Below, one piece after another: positions 60,774 through 64,000 of a DNA stretch of 64,000 bases. Position 1 is the first letter of the stretch, and the number at the start of each line of letters is the position of its first letter. The translations under genes and the position numbers were made by a program. Location of the stretch: contig JANMQY010000016.1 in the NCBI GenBank assembly GCA_031370785.1, forward strand, positions 1 through 64,000, in the 5' to 3' direction. The notes under the pieces were generated by a model, which searched no databases, was not told where the DNA came from, and saw only the letters and a list, made by a program, of their open reading frames with translations. This DNA comes from Candidatus Eiseniibacteriota bacterium. GTDB taxonomy: Bacteria; Eisenbacteria; RBG-16-71-46.

Positions 60774-60807
60774 TCGTGACCGGGCCGCTCGAATCGGCGC
60801 GAATCCG

Positions 60808-61089
60808 TCAGCCCTGCGCCACCATGTCCTTCAGCTCCTTGGAAACCTTGAAGACCGGGACCTTGCGCGGCGGTACGGGCACGGCCTCGCCGGTGCGTGG
60901 ATTGCGCGCGATGCGCGACTTGCGGTCCTTGACCCGGAACGTGCCGAAGCCGCGGATCTCGATGTGGTGTCCATTTGCCAACGCCTTGGCTACCGCGTTG
61001 AGGAAAGAATCCACGGTTTCCGCTACGTCCTTCTTGGTCAGTCCGGTTCGCTCGGCAATCTGATCCACGATATCTGCCTTCGTCATCAC
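60808..61089 (-). CDS. HU/IHF family DNA-binding protein
   Basis: MTKADIV, IEIRGFGTF, ARNPRTGE, PVFK. Confidence 0.95.
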   Translation of the reverse strand: MMTKADIVDQIAERTGLTKKDVAETVDSFLNAVAKALANGHHIEIRGFGTFRVKDRKSRIARNPRTGEAVPVPPRKVPVFKVSKELKDMVAQG

Positions 61090-61156
61090 TTCCTCCTCGC
61101 GCCGTCGGGGCTCCCAGACGGGAGTCCGGGACCGAAGGGCCGGCCCGCTCGCGCGC

Positions 61157-61186
61157 AGGCTAGCAGGGCCGCGAAAAATCTGTCAA
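61157..61186 (-). promoter_or_regulatory. Sigma70-like promoter of the HU gene
   Basis: Minus strand TTGACA-N18-TAGCCT, the same hexamers as the promoter at 48262-48291. Confidence 0.6.
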
Positions 61187-61215
61187 TCAGTTTTTGGACA
61201 AGGCGTTGCGCGTTT

Positions 61216-62175
61216 TTACCTCTTCCGCTCGCGCGTCCCGTCGATTTCCAGGGCCTCCCGACGGGCCGCCTCGATCGGGTGCGCGTCCTGGGAACGGAGC
61301 TCCGGCTCCAGGGTCTTGCGGCCCGCGCGCACCTCGGCCAGCCACTCCCGCGCGAACGCGCCGCTCTGCACTTCGTCGAGGATTTCGCGCATCGCGGAGC
61401 GGCTTGCCGGTCCGATCACGCGCGGTCCGCGGGTGAGATCGCCGTAGAGGGCGGTGCCGCTGATGCCGCGCCGCATCCCGGCCACGCCGCGCTCGTGGAG
61501 GAGGTCGGCGAGGTACTTGATCTGGTGCACGCACTCGAGGTAGGCGATCGCCGGCGAATAGCCGCGCTCGACCAGGGTCTCGAATGCGGCGCGCACCAGC
61601 GCGTTCATCCCGCCGCACAGCACCGCCTGCTCGCCGAACAGGTCCACCTCGGTCTCTTCACGAACCGTGGTGCGCCATAGCGGAGCGCAGCCGATGGCCG
61701 CCGCGTACTGGCTCGCCAGGTCCCATGCGAGCCCGCCCGGATCGCGGTGGACGGCGATGTAGGCGGGCAGACGATTCCCTGCGTCACGCACCGCGCGCAG
61801 CACGCGGCCGGGCGCGGTCGGCGAGACCAGCACCACGTCCTGGCGCTTTCCGAACGACGGCTCGGCGTAGAGCAGGTTGAATCCATGCGCGAATACGAAG
61901 GAGGCCTCGGCCCTTGCGCGGGATGCGATGGCCGGCCAGGCCTCGGCGACTGCCTCGTCGGGAATCAGGACCGCGATCACGCTGGCGCGCACTGCGGCCT
62001 CAGGCAGATCGAACACTTCGAAGCCGTGTCCGCGAGCGCGGGCCTCGGCCTCGCGTCCCGGGCGGGCCCCAACGATGACGCGCACCCCGGCGTCGCGCAG
62101 GTTGAGCGCCTGCGCTTCGCCCTGGTTGCCGAAGCCCAGCACCGCGACGGTTCCGCCCCGCACCCGATCGCTCAT
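61216..62175 (-). CDS. ilvC: Ketol-acid reductoisomerase-like protein (class I) with active-site substitutions
   Basis: GFGNQG, NLRDAG, PDE, AHGFN, DLFGEQAVLCGG; but SPTAPG and ECVHQ. Confidence 0.8.
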   Translation of the reverse strand: MSDRVRGGTVAVLGFGNQGEAQALNLRDAGVRVIVGARPGREAEARARGHGFEVFDLPEAAVRASVIAVLIPDEAVAEAWPAIASRARAEASFVFAHGFNLLYAEPSFGKRQDVVLVSPTAPGRVLRAVRDAGNRLPAYIAVHRDPGGLAWDLASQYAAAIGCAPLWRTTVREETEVDLFGEQAVLCGGMNALVRAAFETLVERGYSPAIAYLECVHQIKYLADLLHERGVAGMRRGISGTALYGDLTRGPRVIGPASRSAMREILDEVQSGAFAREWLAEVRAGRKTLEPELRSQDAHPIEAARREALEIDGTRERKR

Positions 62176-62247
62176 GCGACCCTCCGCCGGAAATGCCGAC
62201 GCCGCGCGACCGCGTGTCGCGGGCCGCGCGGCGTCATCGGCGTGCGC

Positions 62248-63696
62248 CTACTTCTTGCCCGTCGCCGTGCCGGCGTCGAGCGTGCTCCAGTCCGACCTGC
62301 CGTAGGCGTTGCCATTCTGGAAGTGATAGGCCTGATTCTTCGACCAGTAGAACCAGGTCTCGACCTTGTTCTGGTCGACCTCCCACGGAATGATCGCGTC
62401 GGGCGGACCGTTCGCCGCCAGGGCCTTCGCCGCCGCGCTTCCGGCCGGCGCTGCCCTGGCACGGGTCGCGGGATCGTCGACCGGCTTTCCGTTCTGAAGC
62501 GCGAGGAACACCATCAGCTCTTCGGTCGACTTCGGGTTGTTGCCGATCTTGGTGTAGACCGCGCCGAGCTGGCGGTGGAGCGTCTTGTTCTTCGGACTCT
62601 TGAGGACGCCGTCGTGCAGCACCCGCAGCGCCTCGTCGAACTTCTTCAGCTCGGATAGCGAGGCGCCGAGCGCCGAGATCGCATCGACGTCTTCCGGACG
62701 CAGCCTGAGCGTGGCGCGCCACTGGGCTTCGGCCTGGTCCCATGCGCCGGCGTTCTGGTAGGCCAGCGCCGCGTTGAACGGCAGGTCGGCATCGTTGGGC
62801 TTGAGCGCGGCGGCCTTGGCGTATTCGTCAGCCGCCGCCTTGTATTCCGCCTTTGCGGCGTCGCCCTTGGCCTCGGTGGCGCGCTTGAAGTAGGCGTCGG
62901 CGAGACCGAGATGCAGATCGGAATTCTTCGGATCGAGCTTCACCAGCTCCTGGTAGTACTCGATCGCCTCGTTGTACTTCTTTTCGGCGAGCAGCTGGTT
63001 CGCACGGTTCGCGCGCACCGACTTGATCGACTCGAGCAGCGAGCTGTCGTTGGGCGCGACTTCGAGCCCGGCGCGGAACACCTTGTCGGCGGTGGCGAAG
63101 TCGCACGTGAACGCGTACACCGACCCCAGCGTGCGCAGGGTCTGGGGATTCCCGGGCTTGAGCAGCGATGCGCGGGTCAGGCTGACGAGCGCCTCTTCGT
63201 ACTTCTTGCCGGCTTCCTTCCTCAGCGTCTCGTCGCTCTCGCTCTCGGGTTTCTTGCAGTATTCGAGATAGACCTGCTGCGCCTGGCCGATCTTGGCGAT
63301 GCCGTCGTTGAAGGCATTCGCCCAGTAGGACTCGCGGTTGTTGTTGACCCAGTCGGCCTTCTTCAAGTCGCCCTTGGTGCGCAGGCCCGCGATCGCGGTC
63401 GCGAACGCCTTGCCCGCCGGACCCGCGCTGTCGAGCTCCGCATAGGCCCAGCCCAGGTAGCCGATCGCTTCGAAGTCGTTGGGATCTTCGGAGGAGCACT
63501 GCTCGAGCTGCTGGACGGCCTTGTTCATCTCGCGCCGATAGTCCTCCATGTTGCCCCGGTCCTTGTCCTTCGTGCCCTGGACGACGTACTGGATGCCTCC
63601 GGCGCAGTGCGGATTGCGCGCGTAGGCGACGCCGCCGAGCGCGAGCACGCCGAACGCACCGGCCAGCAGTCCAAGCGCGATGCTGCGAAGAGTCAC
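62248..63696 (-). CDS. Secreted tetratricopeptide-repeat protein
   Basis: Signal peptide, repeated TPR-like helices (A..LKP.N/D, FNAALAY), small C-terminal GPPD..ETWFYW domain. Confidence 0.82.
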   Translation of the reverse strand: MTLRSIALGLLAGAFGVLALGGVAYARNPHCAGGIQYVVQGTKDKDRGNMEDYRREMNKAVQQLEQCSSEDPNDFEAIGYLGWAYAELDSAGPAGKAFATAIAGLRTKGDLKKADWVNNNRESYWANAFNDGIAKIGQAQQVYLEYCKKPESESDETLRKEAGKKYEEALVSLTRASLLKPGNPQTLRTLGSVYAFTCDFATADKVFRAGLEVAPNDSSLLESIKSVRANRANQLLAEKKYNEAIEYYQELVKLDPKNSDLHLGLADAYFKRATEAKGDAAKAEYKAAADEYAKAAALKPNDADLPFNAALAYQNAGAWDQAEAQWRATLRLRPEDVDAISALGASLSELKKFDEALRVLHDGVLKSPKNKTLHRQLGAVYTKIGNNPKSTEELMVFLALQNGKPVDDPATRARAAPAGSAAAKALAANGPPDAIIPWEVDQNKVETWFYWSKNQAYHFQNGNAYGRSDWSTLDAGTATGKK

Positions 63697-63710
63697 GGAC
63701 TTCCTCCTTG

Positions 63711-64000
63711 TCAGGTGAGGCGGTTGCCGTTGACCGACAGGCCGAACGACGTTCCGAGGAACTTGGCCGCCTTGCGCGACGCCAGCATGCGCGTCATGAA
63801 GATCTCGAAGTACTCCATGACCTGCGAAATCGCGGGGTCGATCGTGAGCTCGAGGGTGATGGTCTTGGCGCCCTCGTCCACGTTGAGAAAGCTCTTCTGG
63901 ACCGCGTAGTTCACGCGATCGTGGATGTCGAACTTGATCATGTCCGGGTTGCGCACCCGAGTGCGGTGCACGTCGCTCTTGTCGGCGAGAATGACCGCGG
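63711..64000 (-). CDS. HD-domain phosphohydrolase, C-terminal part (5' end outside the window)
   Basis: AVILADKSDVHRTRVR...DIHDRVNYAV...MEYFEIFMTRM. Confidence 0.75.
   Translation of the reverse strand, partial: AVILADKSDVHRTRVRNPDMIKFDIHDRVNYAVQKSFLNVDEGAKTITLELTIDPAISQVMEYFEIFMTRMLASRKAAKFLGTSFGLSVNGNRLT

Overview
High-GC (about 70% by eye) bacterial chromosomal segment, mostly on the minus strand. No integrase, transposase, reverse transcriptase, phage genes or CRISPR array were seen. Housekeeping content: yggS (partial), tmRNA, ssb, four tRNAs (Pro, Arg, His, Leu), pyk, an smpB-amidase-GerMN-murI-rph-rdgB block, split transketolase, a class I/II aminotransferase, ppdK, larB/larC, dusB, ctpA, tmk, ino1 with a CDP-alcohol phosphotransferase, rsmI, ltaE, HU and an ilvC-like gene. 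Several secreted proteins end in FlgD-Ig/T9SS-like C-terminal domains and one ends in an SWGxVK tail. From this I infer an FCB-related lineage such as Ca. Eisenbacteria; this is not proven. The best candidate for an undescribed system is at 17.0-21.5 kb. There a Cys-rich NarL/LuxR regulator lacking the phospho-acceptor Asp lies divergent from Usp, YceI, an outer-membrane barrel and a secreted START/SRPBCC gene, and the Usp and YceI upstream regions share an identically spaced bipartite motif. The second candidate is a surface-protein locus at 31-48 kb: a 1430-aa CTD protein with a strong promoter and a long structured leader, two paralogous lipoproteins, further CTD cargo, an S8 protease and an M16 pair that has lost its Zn ligands. 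Several enzymes carry substitutions at normally conserved catalytic positions (IlvC-like, the ECF-like ATPase, RsmI). Product calls come from motif recognition by eye, not from database searches.
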